Shown in pieces: positions 28,084 through 37,549 of a stretch of DNA of 64,000 nt. Source of the stretch: Candidatus Spongiisociaceae bacterium (GTDB lineage: Bacteria; Actinomycetota; Acidimicrobiia; Spongiisociales; Spongiisociaceae). Both the position numbers and the translations under genes were made by a program. How positions within the stretch are numbered: the stretch's first letter is position 1; every line of letters starts with the position of its first letter. The notes beneath the pieces were generated by a model. That model saw nothing but the letters and a program-made list of their open reading frames with translations, did not search any database and had not been told where the DNA came from. Location of the stretch: contig OZ253564.1 of NCBI GenBank assembly GCA_965262915.1, positions 2,368,001 through 2,432,000 of the forward strand. The letters run 5' to 3'.

Positions 28084-28524
28084 AACAGATGGCCACCCGC
28101 TACGAATCGAGGGCTCCCGCCGACCAGTCTACGAGAGTTGTCACGTCGTGTTGCCGGGGGCTTGCTGTTCTGGTCGAGGATTGAGGTCTCCTACCGCGAG
28201 AGCCACCCGGCCATCCGTTCGGGAGGATCGCTCGAACGGCCGGCCCTCTCGGCCCCTCCCCCCACCGCCACCAATTCCTGGACCGGATCGCGGACGGGCG
28301 CGTCCGGGGGGCGGCGACAGGGGGAACGGGGGCGTATGTTCTGGTGGTGGCTGTCAGAGGGTGCGCGGATCGGCGGACGCGACTGCTCCTATCCGTAGAC
28401 CCAACCCGGTTTCCCCGCCGGAGAACCCCTGGTCAGGGCCGTGGACTCGTCAACTGTCGCGGTCACTGTTTCCCCAGGTGAGCACCTATCCGCGCACCCT
28501 GTTGGGCCGGGTATGATAATTCTG

Positions 28525-29592
28525 ATGTCTCTGCGCGGCTCCCGCCGTCCCACCAAGGTCCTGCTGGCCGAACCCAGTGGTTTCTGCGCCGGAGTGGAGA
28601 TGGCTATCAAGGCGCTCGTATGGATGACCCGGATCTTCGATCCTCCGGTGTACTGCTACCACGAGATAGTCCACAACCGCTTCGTGGTGGAGGTCTTCGA
28701 ACGGGCCGGCGTAGTCTTCGTCGATTCGATAGAGCAGGTGCCCGAGGGCGTCCCCGTGATGCTCTCGGCCCACGGTTCGGCCCCCGAAGTGGTGAACGGA
28801 GCCCACGAGCGGTCCGGGGTGGTCATCGATGCGGTATGTCCGCTCGTGACCAAGATCCATCATGAGGTCAAGAGAGCCGCGGCGAAGGACTTCGACATCG
28901 TCTTCGTAGGGCACGAGGGCCACGACGAGGCGATGGGAACGATGGCGAGGGCGCCCGGGGCCATAACGCTGGTCGAACCGGAGACAGGACTCGCCGCATT
29001 CGAGCCTCGGAATCCCGGACGGGTGGCCCTGTTCGCCCAGACCACGCTCGGTGTCCACGAGTGGGAGGCGGTGCGGCTGGAAGCCGTCGAGCGCTACCCC
29101 GACCTGGTGACGGCCCGCAAGAGCGACCTCTGCTACGCGACCACCAACCGCCAGCAGGCGGTGCGGGAGATGGCCAACGACTGCGACCTGATACTGGTGG
29201 TGGGATCCGACAACTCGTCCAACACCAAGGCCCTGGTCCGAACAGCCAGGGTGCTGGGCACGCCCGCCTACCGGGTCGACTCCGCGGAGGCCATCCGCCG
29301 CGAATGGTTCGACGATGCGGACATGGTGGGGGTGACGGCCGGAGCCTCGGCGCCCGACCACCTCGTCAAAGCAGTGCTGGAGTGGCTGGATCCGGTCGAA
29401 GGCTGGGACCTGTTCCGGGTGATCGAAGAAGATGAGTACTTCCCGCTCCCGAGGGGTCTCAGATCCTTCCTGACCGCCCTCGGATCTGCCCTGAAGCTCG
29501 GGTTCACCGCTCGCAGGAACGGTCTGGTACGGCAGGATCACGACCGTGAGATCACCGCTGCCGACACCCTGGCCGCTCTGCAGGTGTCCTGA
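28525..29592 (+). CDS. ispH: 4-hydroxy-3-methylbut-2-enyl diphosphate reductase
   Basis: GFCAGV, HEIVHN, SAHG, DAVCPLV.K.H, AQTT, LCYATTNRQ, NSSN, TAGASAP. Confidence 0.95.
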   Translation: MSLRGSRRPTKVLLAEPSGFCAGVEMAIKALVWMTRIFDPPVYCYHEIVHNRFVVEVFERAGVVFVDSIEQVPEGVPVMLSAHGSAPEVVNGAHERSGVVIDAVCPLVTKIHHEVKRAAAKDFDIVFVGHEGHDEAMGTMARAPGAITLVEPETGLAAFEPRNPGRVALFAQTTLGVHEWEAVRLEAVERYPDLVTARKSDLCYATTNRQQAVREMANDCDLILVVGSDNSSNTKALVRTARVLGTPAYRVDSAEAIRREWFDDADMVGVTAGASAPDHLVKAVLEWLDPVEGWDLFRVIEEDEYFPLPRGLRSFLTALGSALKLGFTARRNGLVRQDHDREITAADTLAALQVS

Positions 29593-29611
29593 CCCGACCC
29601 ACCGACGTTCA

Positions 29612-30301
29612 TCATTCCGAGACGGGGGGCCGACCGATACCCCGCTCCGTACAGAGCTGCAGCACCTGGTCGACCACCGAGGTCGCCCCGATGTCGGAAG
29701 TGTCGATCACCACGGCATCCTCCGCCAAGGCGAGCGGCGAGGCCCGCCGGGTCGAGTCGATGCGGTCCCGCCGGGCCAGTTCCTCGCGGACCTCCTCGAC
29801 CGTGGCATCCGATTGGCCGGCCCGGCGGGCCGCCCGCACCTCGGGGCGGGCGGTCAGGAACACCTTGAGCGATGCGGCGGGGAACACCACCGTTCCGATG
29901 TCCCGGCCCTCCACCACCGCCCGGCCCCCGCGCGAAGCCAGCCACTCGCGCTGGCGACGGGCCAGGAGCAGCCGCAGGCCCGCGAGTGTCGAGACCCCGC
30001 TCACCTCCGCGGTGACGGCTTCCGTGCGGATCGCCCGGCTCACGTCTACGCCCTCGACCAGCATCGCGCCGCCCTCGTAGTCCAGATCCGCCCCTGCCAT
30101 GACGGCCATCACATCCGCATCGTTGGACAGATCCAGCCGGTGCAGCATCGCGACCAGGGTGGCAGCCCGGTAGAAGGCGCCCGTGTCCAGATGGGGACAC
30201 CCCAGCGCGGCGGCCACCCGCCGGGACACGGTGGTCTTGCCGACCCCGGCGGGTCCGTCCACCGCCACCACGTGTACCTGTTCGGACAGGTCCGATCTCA
30301 C
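29612..30301 (-). CDS. cmk: Cytidylate kinase
   Basis: VDGPAGVGKTT, LDTGAFYRA, EGRDIGTVVFP, RRDRIDS; GTG overlaps the aroA TGA. Confidence 0.93.
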   Translation of the reverse strand: MRSDLSEQVHVVAVDGPAGVGKTTVSRRVAAALGCPHLDTGAFYRAATLVAMLHRLDLSNDADVMAVMAGADLDYEGGAMLVEGVDVSRAIRTEAVTAEVSGVSTLAGLRLLLARRQREWLASRGGRAVVEGRDIGTVVFPAASLKVFLTARPEVRAARRAGQSDATVEEVREELARRDRIDSTRRASPLALAEDAVVIDTSDIGATSVVDQVLQLCTERGIGRPPVSE

Positions 30302-31551
30302 AGCTTCTCCAGCATTTCGAAGAACCCCGGCCAGGTCTTCGCCACGCAGCCCGGGTCCTCTATCACGATTCCCGGCTGCACCAGGCCCGCCACGGCGAAG
30401 GCCATGGCGATGCGGTGATCGTCGTAGGTGCGGATGCGGGCCGGCCGGAGCGGACCGGGGATGATGGAGATCCAGTCGGGGCCGGCGGTCACTCCGGTAC
30501 CGAGCCGGGCGAGTTCGGTCTCCAGCGCCGCCAGGCGGTCCGTCTCCTTGATACGCAGGTTGGCGATGTTGGTGAAGCGGGTCGGGGTCCCGGCGAAGGC
30601 GGCCACCACTGCCAATCCCAGGGAGGCGTCCGGGCAGTCGTTCAGGTCGGCGTCCACCCCCGAGAGTATCGGAGGGCCGGTTACCGCGATGCCGGCCCTG
30701 CCCGACCGTACCTGGCAACCCATCCGCTCGAGCACACCGAGGGCGGCCATGTCGGCCTGGGTGCTGGCCGCGTCGAGCCCGGTCACGGTGATCGTGGCGC
30801 CGGTGACAGCGGCGGCGGCCCACGGGTATACGGCGGCCGAGGCGTCGGCCTCCACCGTGAACGAGGTAGCCAGGTACCCGCTCGGCGCCACGGTGATCGA
30901 ACCCTCGTCCAGCCAGCCGGCCTCGGCCCCGAACGAGGCCATCACCTCGAGCGTGGTGTCCAGGTAGGGCCGCGATACCGCCCCCCGGCCGAACTCGAGC
31001 GTGACCCGCTGTTCGGCTCGCGGAGCGCTCAGCAGGACGGCCGAGATGAACTGGCTCGACTGGGAGCCGTCGAGCGTGATCCGGCCGCCCGCCATCCCGC
31101 CGCCCGCCACCCGCACCGGTGGGTATTCCCCGCAGCGCTCCGCCTCCACCCCGGCGCCGAGGGCGCGCAGGGCGGTCACCAGCGGACCGATCGGACGCTC
31201 GCGCATCCGGGCGGTGCCGTCGACCAGGCTCGGGCCATCCGCCAGGGTGGCGGCGGCGGTCATGAAACGGGCCGTGGTTCCCGAGGCACGCACATCGAGT
31301 CGGCTTCCCCCCCGGAGGCGGCCCTCCGAACGGATCTCGAAGGCTTGGTCGGTCACCTTCACCCCGACACCCATCCGGAGGAGGCATCCCACCATGGCGT
31401 CGGTGTCCTCGCTGCGGAGCGGGGCGGCGATCCGCGAGCTGCCCGGGGCCAGGGCAGCCGTCACGAGGGCCCGGTTGGTGATGCTCTTCGAACCCGGCGG
31501 GCGCACCGTGCTGTCGCCTATCGGCTTGGGCCTCACCTCGTAGATGGTCAC
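30298..31551 (-). CDS. aroA: 3-phosphoshikimate 1-carboxyvinyltransferase
   Basis: PGSKSITNR, SGTTARF, SSQFISA, LRIKETDRL, DDHRIAMAF, KTWP. Confidence 0.95.
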   Translation of the reverse strand: MTIYEVRPKPIGDSTVRPPGSKSITNRALVTAALAPGSSRIAAPLRSEDTDAMVGCLLRMGVGVKVTDQAFEIRSEGRLRGGSRLDVRASGTTARFMTAAATLADGPSLVDGTARMRERPIGPLVTALRALGAGVEAERCGEYPPVRVAGGGMAGGRITLDGSQSSQFISAVLLSAPRAEQRVTLEFGRGAVSRPYLDTTLEVMASFGAEAGWLDEGSITVAPSGYLATSFTVEADASAAVYPWAAAAVTGATITVTGLDAASTQADMAALGVLERMGCQVRSGRAGIAVTGPPILSGVDADLNDCPDASLGLAVVAAFAGTPTRFTNIANLRIKETDRLAALETELARLGTGVTAGPDWISIIPGPLRPARIRTYDDHRIAMAFAVAGLVQPGIVIEDPGCVAKTWPGFFEMLEKL

Positions 31552-32327
31552 GTGCCCTCCGTAGCTTTGCCCGGCTCGACGGTATCGCCGCTGTATCGAA
31601 TGTCGCCGTATCGGTAGAAGGATCGCACCTCCTGGACCTCCAGCCGCCGCCACTCCCCCGCTCTGAGCACCGGGTCGCGTAAGGGACCGATCGAGGTGCG
31701 GTGGAGTCGCACGACCGGAAAGCCCGCCGCCCTGCAGAGCCGCCGGACCTCCCGGTTCCGTCCCTCCCCCATCGAGATCTCCAGGTGGGTGCGGTGCCCG
31801 GCCGACCCGATCCTACGCACCGATACCGGCCTGGCCGGACCGTCCTCCAGATGGACACCCCGCCGTATCGACGCCAGGTCCCGCCTGGTCGCTACACCGT
31901 CGACCAGCACCTCGTAGGTCTTGACGACGCCGAAACGCGGATGGGTGACCACGTTGGCGAAGTTACCGTCGTTGGTCAGCAGCAGGAGACCGGTCGTGTC
32001 CGCATCGAGGCGCCCCACCGGATATACCTTGGGGCGGGAAGGAACCAGTTCCACCACCGTGGGCCGGCCCTGGGGGTCCCGGGTGGTGCTGATGATTCCC
32101 AGCGGCTTGTGAAGTAGGTAGTGCACCAGTCGAGGGTCGACCGGCAGCCGGATCCCGTCGACGAGGACCTCGGCCTTGGCAGGATCGACGATCTGGCCCG
32201 GGGAGGCCACCCGCCCGTCGACCGACACCCGGCCGGCCACGACCATCGCGTCGGCGCTCCGGCGCGAGGCCAGGCCGCTGCGGGCGATGACCTTCTGCAG
32301 GCGCTCAGCGCCCGGAGTCCGGTGCAC
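31548..32327 (-). CDS. rluB: 23S rRNA pseudouridine synthase (RluB/RsuA family)
   Basis: ERLQKVIARSGLASRR S4 domain, VGRLDADTTGLLLLTNDG, EGRNREVRR. Confidence 0.9.
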   Translation of the reverse strand: MHRTPGAERLQKVIARSGLASRRSADAMVVAGRVSVDGRVASPGQIVDPAKAEVLVDGIRLPVDPRLVHYLLHKPLGIISTTRDPQGRPTVVELVPSRPKVYPVGRLDADTTGLLLLTNDGNFANVVTHPRFGVVKTYEVLVDGVATRRDLASIRRGVHLEDGPARPVSVRRIGSAGHRTHLEISMGEGRNREVRRLCRAAGFPVVRLHRTSIGPLRDPVLRAGEWRRLEVQEVRSFYRYGDIRYSGDTVEPGKATEGT

Positions 32328-32883
32328 CGGCGGGAGGGGACGGGGGTTGGTCCAGCGACTCGACCCCCTCGGCGGGGGGCATGTGGTCGGCGAGTGGGGG
32401 CAGATCGGTCAATAAACCCAGGCCGAGCGCCTCCAGGAGCAGATCGGTGGTTCCGTAGATGACGGGGTTACCCGGAGTGGGGAGGCGTCCCCGTTCCTCC
32501 ACCAGCCCCCGGCGGGCCAGAGTCCGCAGGGCGGAGACCGAGTCGACCCCGCGCATCTCGGCGATCTGGCCGCGTGTAACCGGTTGGCGGTACGCCACCA
32601 CCGCCAGCACCTCGAGAGCGGCGTTGGAGAGCCGGGACGCCGTGCCGGTGGTGGCGAAACGTTCCAGATAGGGCAGGGCCTCCGGCTTGGAGTAGAGGCG
32701 CCACCCTCCGGCCACGTAGCGCAGGACGATGCCCCGTTCCTCCCCCTCCAGCCGCTCCGCCCAGGCGGCCAGTTCCGCCTTGACGGTCGCCAGCGGTATC
32801 TCCAGCACCTCGGCCAACTCACCCTCTGGCACCGGGGATTCGGCGACGAAGAGGATGGCTTCGAGGGCTGCCGGGGGGTTCAT
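32305..32883 (-). CDS. scpB: SMC-Scp complex subunit ScpB
   Basis: LEAILF, LSNAALEVLAVVAYRQPVTR, RGVDS, YGTT. Confidence 0.93.
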   Translation of the reverse strand: MNPPAALEAILFVAESPVPEGELAEVLEIPLATVKAELAAWAERLEGEERGIVLRYVAGGWRLYSKPEALPYLERFATTGTASRLSNAALEVLAVVAYRQPVTRGQIAEMRGVDSVSALRTLARRGLVEERGRLPTPGNPVIYGTTDLLLEALGLGLLTDLPPLADHMPPAEGVESLDQPPSPPAGAPDSGR

Positions 32884-33650
32884 GAGCCGTCCCCGACGCC
32901 CTCGGCCGGACCGGTGTCGGGGCCGTCCGACCGGCGGATCGAGATCCGGGAAGGGTGATGCTGGGCGACCGACAGCACACCCCAGCGGGCCAGCTCCAGC
33001 ACGGCCAGGAAGTAGGCGGCCACCTCGACCCGGCGGGTGCAGTGGGCGACCAGCAACTCGAAGGTGGATTCCAACTCGGCGGTGATGCGGGCCCTGATCT
33101 CCTCGATGGCGTCGCCCACCGAAGGAAGGTCCAGATCGAGGTGGTCCATATCGACGTCGGGCTCCGGCGCCCGGGTCGTCTCCAGCCGGGCGACCACGGC
33201 GGCGAGGCCGGCGGGCGTCACCGAAGCAGGTAGTACGGGGACCGCCGCACCCCCGAGTTCCTGATCGATGCCGACCGAACGCCCCACGTAACGGCCGGCC
33301 CTGGCGAGTCGGTGCCCCAGCACCGTGGCCACGTCCTGGAAGGTGAGGAAGGTCAGCAGGCGGGCCAGCAGCCGGTCCCGCTCGTCCAGTAGCGCCAGCT
33401 CCTCCTCCATGTCGACCGGTTCGTCGTCGGGTAGGAGGAACCGGGCCTTGAGGTGGATGAGCATGGCGGCCATCAGGACGAACCCGGACGCCACATCGAG
33501 GTCCGGGCGGCGTTCTTCGAGCGAGTCGAGGTAGTCGTTGACGATCCCGGTAATGCTCACCTTGGTGACGTCGACATGGTGCCGGCTGACGAGCTGGAGC
33601 AGGAGATCCAACGGGCCCTCGAAGACCGCCGTCCTGACCTCATAGCTCAT
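32880..33650 (-). CDS. scpA: Segregation and condensation protein A
   Basis: MSYEVRTAVFEGPLDLLLQL, LKAR.LLP, FLAVLEL. Confidence 0.92.
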   Translation of the reverse strand: MSYEVRTAVFEGPLDLLLQLVSRHHVDVTKVSITGIVNDYLDSLEERRPDLDVASGFVLMAAMLIHLKARFLLPDDEPVDMEEELALLDERDRLLARLLTFLTFQDVATVLGHRLARAGRYVGRSVGIDQELGGAAVPVLPASVTPAGLAAVVARLETTRAPEPDVDMDHLDLDLPSVGDAIEEIRARITAELESTFELLVAHCTRRVEVAAYFLAVLELARWGVLSVAQHHPSRISIRRSDGPDTGPAEGVGDGS

Positions 33651-34236
33651 CGTTGGTCGCCTCACCTGCCGGAGATACGCCATCGTACGTACGAGAACGG
33701 GTAGTTCGCGGCCTTTGGAGGCGGCGGATGGGAGCCGGTATGGGGAGCCGGGCCCGGTCGGCCCGCTCGAGCACCTCCCAGTCCTCCGAGGATATGCCGT
33801 CGGGACGCCGCCCGTGGTGGTGGAGGGCATAGGCCACCACCAGCGCCTCCGCGCCGCCGGCGGACAGTTCGCCGGCTGCCGACCTTCCATGGTCCAGGTA
33901 GCCGGCTATGCGAGCGGAGAGCGGGAGACCCATCACGGAGCAGACCGCCACCCAGGAGCGTCCCGGCGCGCCCAGCCGGGCGTGGCGCTTGCCGATGTCG
34001 TGGAGTAGGGCGGCCCGGATCAGGTCACCGCGGTCGGGACACCGGGCGGCAACCGCCCGGGCGGATGCCAGGCCGTGACGCTGGTCGGCTCTCGGCTGCT
34101 CCCAGAACATCGCCCGCTCGGCGGGCGACGCCAGATGCTCCGCCACCTCGGCCTGCTCGCTGGGTGTGAGGCGCCGGGAGAGGACCACATCCACCAGCCG
34201 GGCCGCCAGGTGGGCCAAGCGGGACAGGTGGGCCAT
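33640..34236 (-). CDS. HD-domain metal-dependent phosphohydrolase-like protein
   Basis: DQRH, AALLHDIGK, YLDH, HH, LERAD. Confidence 0.72.
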   Translation of the reverse strand: MAHLSRLAHLAARLVDVVLSRRLTPSEQAEVAEHLASPAERAMFWEQPRADQRHGLASARAVAARCPDRGDLIRAALLHDIGKRHARLGAPGRSWVAVCSVMGLPLSARIAGYLDHGRSAAGELSAGGAEALVVAYALHHHGRRPDGISSEDWEVLERADRARLPIPAPIRRLQRPRTTRSRTYDGVSPAGEATNDEL

Positions 34237-34288
34237 CAGACGCCGGTAGGTGCGGACGGTCCGATCGGCGGGTCTGGTGCCGCTCCGG

Positions 34289-34633
34289 TCAGGACCGCGC
34301 CGATTTGCAGCGTATGCACAATCGGGAGATCGGTCGGGCCTCCATCCTCTCGACCGCGATCGTGTCCGAACACCCGGCACAGGTACCGTATGTCCCGTCT
34401 TCGATCCGGGCCAGGGAGCCGTCAACCTTGTCGACGTGGGTCTTGAGAGTCTCCACGATGCCCAGCACCTCGGTCCGTTCGGCGGTGATGGCCGCCGCGT
34501 CGGCGAAGCCCTCCCTGAAACCCAGGTGCCGGCGCAGGTCGCCGGATTCGGTGGCGCCCAACTCGGCCAGTTGGTGCACGAGCCTCTCCCGCTCCTTCAG
34601 CAGTATCTCGCGGGCTGCTGAGTAGTCGGCCAT
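34289..34633 (-). CDS. TraR/DksA C4-type zinc finger protein
   Basis: Coiled coil with ADAA, LARIEDGTYGTCAGC...ERMEARP...CIRC. Confidence 0.88.
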   Translation of the reverse strand: MADYSAAREILLKERERLVHQLAELGATESGDLRRHLGFREGFADAAAITAERTEVLGIVETLKTHVDKVDGSLARIEDGTYGTCAGCSDTIAVERMEARPISRLCIRCKSARS

Positions 34634-34663
34634 GCGACCTCTTTCCGGCGTTGGACGGTTAGT

Positions 34664-35587
34664 CTATCGCAAGGCTCGCGGATGGGCCTCCACGTACACC
34701 TCGTGCAGATGCTGGAGCGACATTCGGGTGTACACCTGCGTGGTCGAGATACTAGCGTGACCCAGTATTTCCTGTACGGTGCGCAGGTCCGCTCCCCCTT
34801 CCACCATGTGGGTGGCGGCCGAGTGTCGCAGCACATGGGGCGAGATCCGGGACTTGGGGATACCCACCCGCACGGCGTGGTTGCGCACGATGCCGAAGAT
34901 GCCCTGGCGGGTCAGCCGCCCTCCCCTGGCGTTGAGGAACACCGCTCCCGGGTCCTCCCCGGAACGGCATAGCTCCAGCCGGACCGGCAGGTAGGACCGG
35001 ATCGTCTCGGTCGCCGGACGGCCCATCGGTACCAGGCGCTGCTTGTTCCCCTTCCCCGTCACCAGGATGGTGCGGGTGTCCAGATCCAGTTCCGCCAGGT
35101 CGAGCCCCACCAGCTCGCTCACCCGCACCGCGGTCCCGTAGAGGGTCTCCAGCATCGCCCGGTCGCGGATCCCGAGCTTCGTATCGGCCGGGGGCGCCTC
35201 CACCAACCGGATCGCCTCGTCGATATCCAGCGCCTTGGGGAAGCCCATGCGGGTGCGCGGGGTCTCGGTGAACCGGGTCGGGTCCTCGTCCGCCTCGCCC
35301 TCGGCCACCAGGAAGCGATGGAACCCCCGTACCGCCGCCAACTTCCTGGCGATCGTCGCCGGCCGCATACCCCGTTCATACAAAGAGGCCAGGAAGCCGT
35401 CCACCAACTCCGGAGAAAAGGAGTCGTGCCCCAGACGGGCCAGATGCGCCAGATGCGCCAGATAACCCTTCAGGTCTCGCCGGTAGGCCGAGATCGTGTT
35501 GTGGCTCAACCCCCGCTCCACCGCCAGCGCCCACAGGTAACCCTCGACCTGGATGGCCGTCTGATTGGGATCTGCCGTCTGTGCCAT
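34664..35587 (-). CDS. xerD: Tyrosine recombinase XerD (complete copy)
   Basis: RDRAMLETLYGTAVRVSEL, GKGNKQR, SPHVLRHSAATH, VQEILGH, TTQVYT; xerD-scpAB synteny. Confidence 0.92.
   Translation of the reverse strand: MAQTADPNQTAIQVEGYLWALAVERGLSHNTISAYRRDLKGYLAHLAHLARLGHDSFSPELVDGFLASLYERGMRPATIARKLAAVRGFHRFLVAEGEADEDPTRFTETPRTRMGFPKALDIDEAIRLVEAPPADTKLGIRDRAMLETLYGTAVRVSELVGLDLAELDLDTRTILVTGKGNKQRLVPMGRPATETIRSYLPVRLELCRSGEDPGAVFLNARGGRLTRQGIFGIVRNHAVRVGIPKSRISPHVLRHSAATHMVEGGADLRTVQEILGHASISTTQVYTRMSLQHLHEVYVEAHPRALR
34890..35559. repeat. Copy 1 of a 670-bp near-identical direct repeat (xerD 5' portion)
   Basis: Matches 37557-38226 at a 2667-bp offset with a handful of substitutions. Confidence 0.92.
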
Positions 35588-35684
35588 ATACCCCGCGCCT
35601 GGCGGCCCCTCCGATTAGGACTCCCTCATGTTACGGATGAGCGCCCGCGATGGACCAGGTACGGTCGGTGCTACGCTCGCAGGC

Positions 35685-35972
35685 ATGAGACGACACGATG
35701 TTCTCGGCAAACACCGCGAGGCTATCCGCTCTGCAGCGGCCCGACACAACGCCCGCTCGATAGCCCTTGTGGGGTCCGTCGCCCGCGGAGACGACACTGA
35801 CGTCAGTGACTACGACTTCCTGACCGACTTCCTGCCGGGGACGACGCTGTTCGACATAGCGGGGCCGAAAGTGGCTCTCGAAGACCTGCTAGGACGCGAG
35901 GTCGATGTTGTCTGCGCTGCAGACCTCAAGGACAAGTACCGCGGTATGTTGAAGGAAGCTATTCCTTTGTGA
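35685..35972 (+). CDS. Minimal nucleotidyltransferase (MNT) antitoxin
   Basis: GSVARGDDTDVSDYDFL (GSx10DxD), LEDLLGREVDVV. Confidence 0.85.
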   Translation: MRRHDVLGKHREAIRSAAARHNARSIALVGSVARGDDTDVSDYDFLTDFLPGTTLFDIAGPKVALEDLLGREVDVVCAADLKDKYRGMLKEAIPL

Positions 35973-36254
35973 GCAGAAGCGACGAGGAACTTGTCGCGGA
36001 CATCTTGGAAGCTTCCCGCAAGTTGTCCGAGATTGTGGCGCTGGGACGAGAGAACTACGACATGAATTGGGTGGTCCGCAGCGCTGTTGAAAGACAGCTA
36101 GAGATCATAGGTGTAGCGGCAGGAAATCTGTCGGAGGATATGGCTCGACGTAGGCCGGATCTGCCCATGCGCACGGCTAAGGCCATGCGCAATCTCATCT
36201 CACATGAGTACTTCAACGTCAGCTGTGACATAGTGTGGGAGACAATTGTGATTA

Positions 36255-37084
36255 GGGCGTGTTCACCTAAAGTTACACTGATGTGATATCATTACGATAT
36301 GACAATAACACAAGAACAATACCAACTCATAGTAGACGTGTTCCCGAAACCCCGCGGTACCGTCAAGGTATCCAACCTCCAAGCCCTCAACGGTATCCTG
36401 TACCTACTCGAGCACGGCTGCAAATGGCGGGTGCTTCCCGAACGGTTCGGGAACTGGCACACCGTTTACATGCGGATGAGCCGCTGGGCGGCCAGCGGCG
36501 TCTTGGACCGGGTGTTCCAGCGTCTACAGCAGGAACAGCTCATCGACCTCGAAGTTCTGGGCCTGGACAGCACGTCGGTCAAGGTTCATCCCGACGGCTG
36601 TGGTGCTCTCCGAAAGCGGGGTCCCCAGGCCATCGGTCGCTCCCGGGGAGGGTTGAACACCAAGATCCACATGGTCGCGGCCAGCGCTTGTAGCGCCGTC
36701 TTATTCGCTCTTTCCCCAGGTCAGGACCATGATGCTCCCCATGGGCGGGAGCTCCTCAAAAAGATGGGCCCACGAAAAAAGGAGCAGGAAGGGGAGCAGC
36801 TAGAGCTGTTCCTGGTAGCGGACCGCGCCTATGAAGGGGACGAAACACGGCAACTGGCCGTCGCTCTGGGCTACACGCCGGTCATCCCACCCCGAAGCAA
36901 CCGCCGCCACCCGTGGGACTACAACCGTCCGATATACAAGCGACGGAACGAGGTCGAACGGCTCTTCCGACGGCTCAAAGGCTACCGGCGTGTCTTCACC
37001 CGCTACGACAAACTCGACGTGATGTTCCTAGCATTCATCACCCTCGCGCTCATACACGACACGCTCAGAAACGTGAACACGCCC
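36255..37084 (+). mobile_element. IS5-family insertion sequence (IS427-like), 830 bp
   Basis: Perfect terminal inverted repeats GGGCGTGTTCAC / GTGAACACGCCC flanked by TA (36253-36254 and 37085-37086). Confidence 0.92.
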
Positions 37085-37087
37085 TAG
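36299..37087 (+). CDS. IS5 family DDE transposase, single ORF
   Basis: GCKWR.LPERFGNWHTVY, LDSTSVKVH, GRSRGGLNTKIH, ADRAY, YKRRNEVERLF.RLK.YRR..TRYDK. Confidence 0.93.
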   Translation: MTITQEQYQLIVDVFPKPRGTVKVSNLQALNGILYLLEHGCKWRVLPERFGNWHTVYMRMSRWAASGVLDRVFQRLQQEQLIDLEVLGLDSTSVKVHPDGCGALRKRGPQAIGRSRGGLNTKIHMVAASACSAVLFALSPGQDHDAPHGRELLKKMGPRKKEQEGEQLELFLVADRAYEGDETRQLAVALGYTPVIPPRSNRRHPWDYNRPIYKRRNEVERLFRRLKGYRRVFTRYDKLDVMFLAFITLALIHDTLRNVNTP

Positions 37088-37236
37088 CGTCCCTGAGTTC
37101 GCTTCCCTGATCTCCGAAGAGATCTGATTGGCAGCGCCGCATCCTCACACGGGCGCTCATCGTTGCCCTTCCAGCATCAATATAGAAGGGAGAGCGGGTA
37201 GGTGTTAGTCGGGGACACCATCGCGTTCGCCGGCCG

Positions 37237-37512
37237 ATGAGATTGGCGGCGATGCTCGTTGGGATAGCGGCAGAGTTGAGCGAGTACTTCCTGCTGTGCC
37301 GAACCCGGCAAAACGCCGCCCTCCTCACCGATCCGCTCAACTCGAAGGCCGCCACCGGCTTCCTCCGCTCCCTCATGTTCTGGGACGCCAAGCGCCCTAT
37401 CAGCGCTCAAGTATTGGTGAACCTCGACCTCGGCCTACCGGCAGAAGAAACCGGAGTCGCCCTACCCGAATGGTCGGCCAACCCCCAATACCTGACTCTC
37501 TTCAGCACCTGA
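37237..37512 (+). pseudogene. Probable C-terminal fragment of an adenine DNA methyltransferase
   Basis: YFLLC...AALL...LNS.AA..FL.SLMFWDAKRPIS..VL..LDL resembles the tail of restriction-modification methylases; no SAM or catalytic motifs present. Confidence 0.5.
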
Positions 37513-37549
37513 CCGGCACCGCCACGTTGACAAAGACCAGGCTGGGTTC

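Larger units (their letters stand above)
35969..37127 (+). pseudogene. HEPN/DUF86 RNase toxin interrupted by an IS5 element
   Basis: AVERQLEIIG, RNLISHEY (Rx4HxY); removing the IS and one TA restores WETIVISVPEFASLISEEI* (TGA 37125-37127). Confidence 0.88.

Noticed and set aside
35438-35463. 9-bp tandem repeat (gccagatgc) in xerD
   Set aside because: In-frame micro-duplication (AHL AHL ARL) present in both copies; no sign of functional significance
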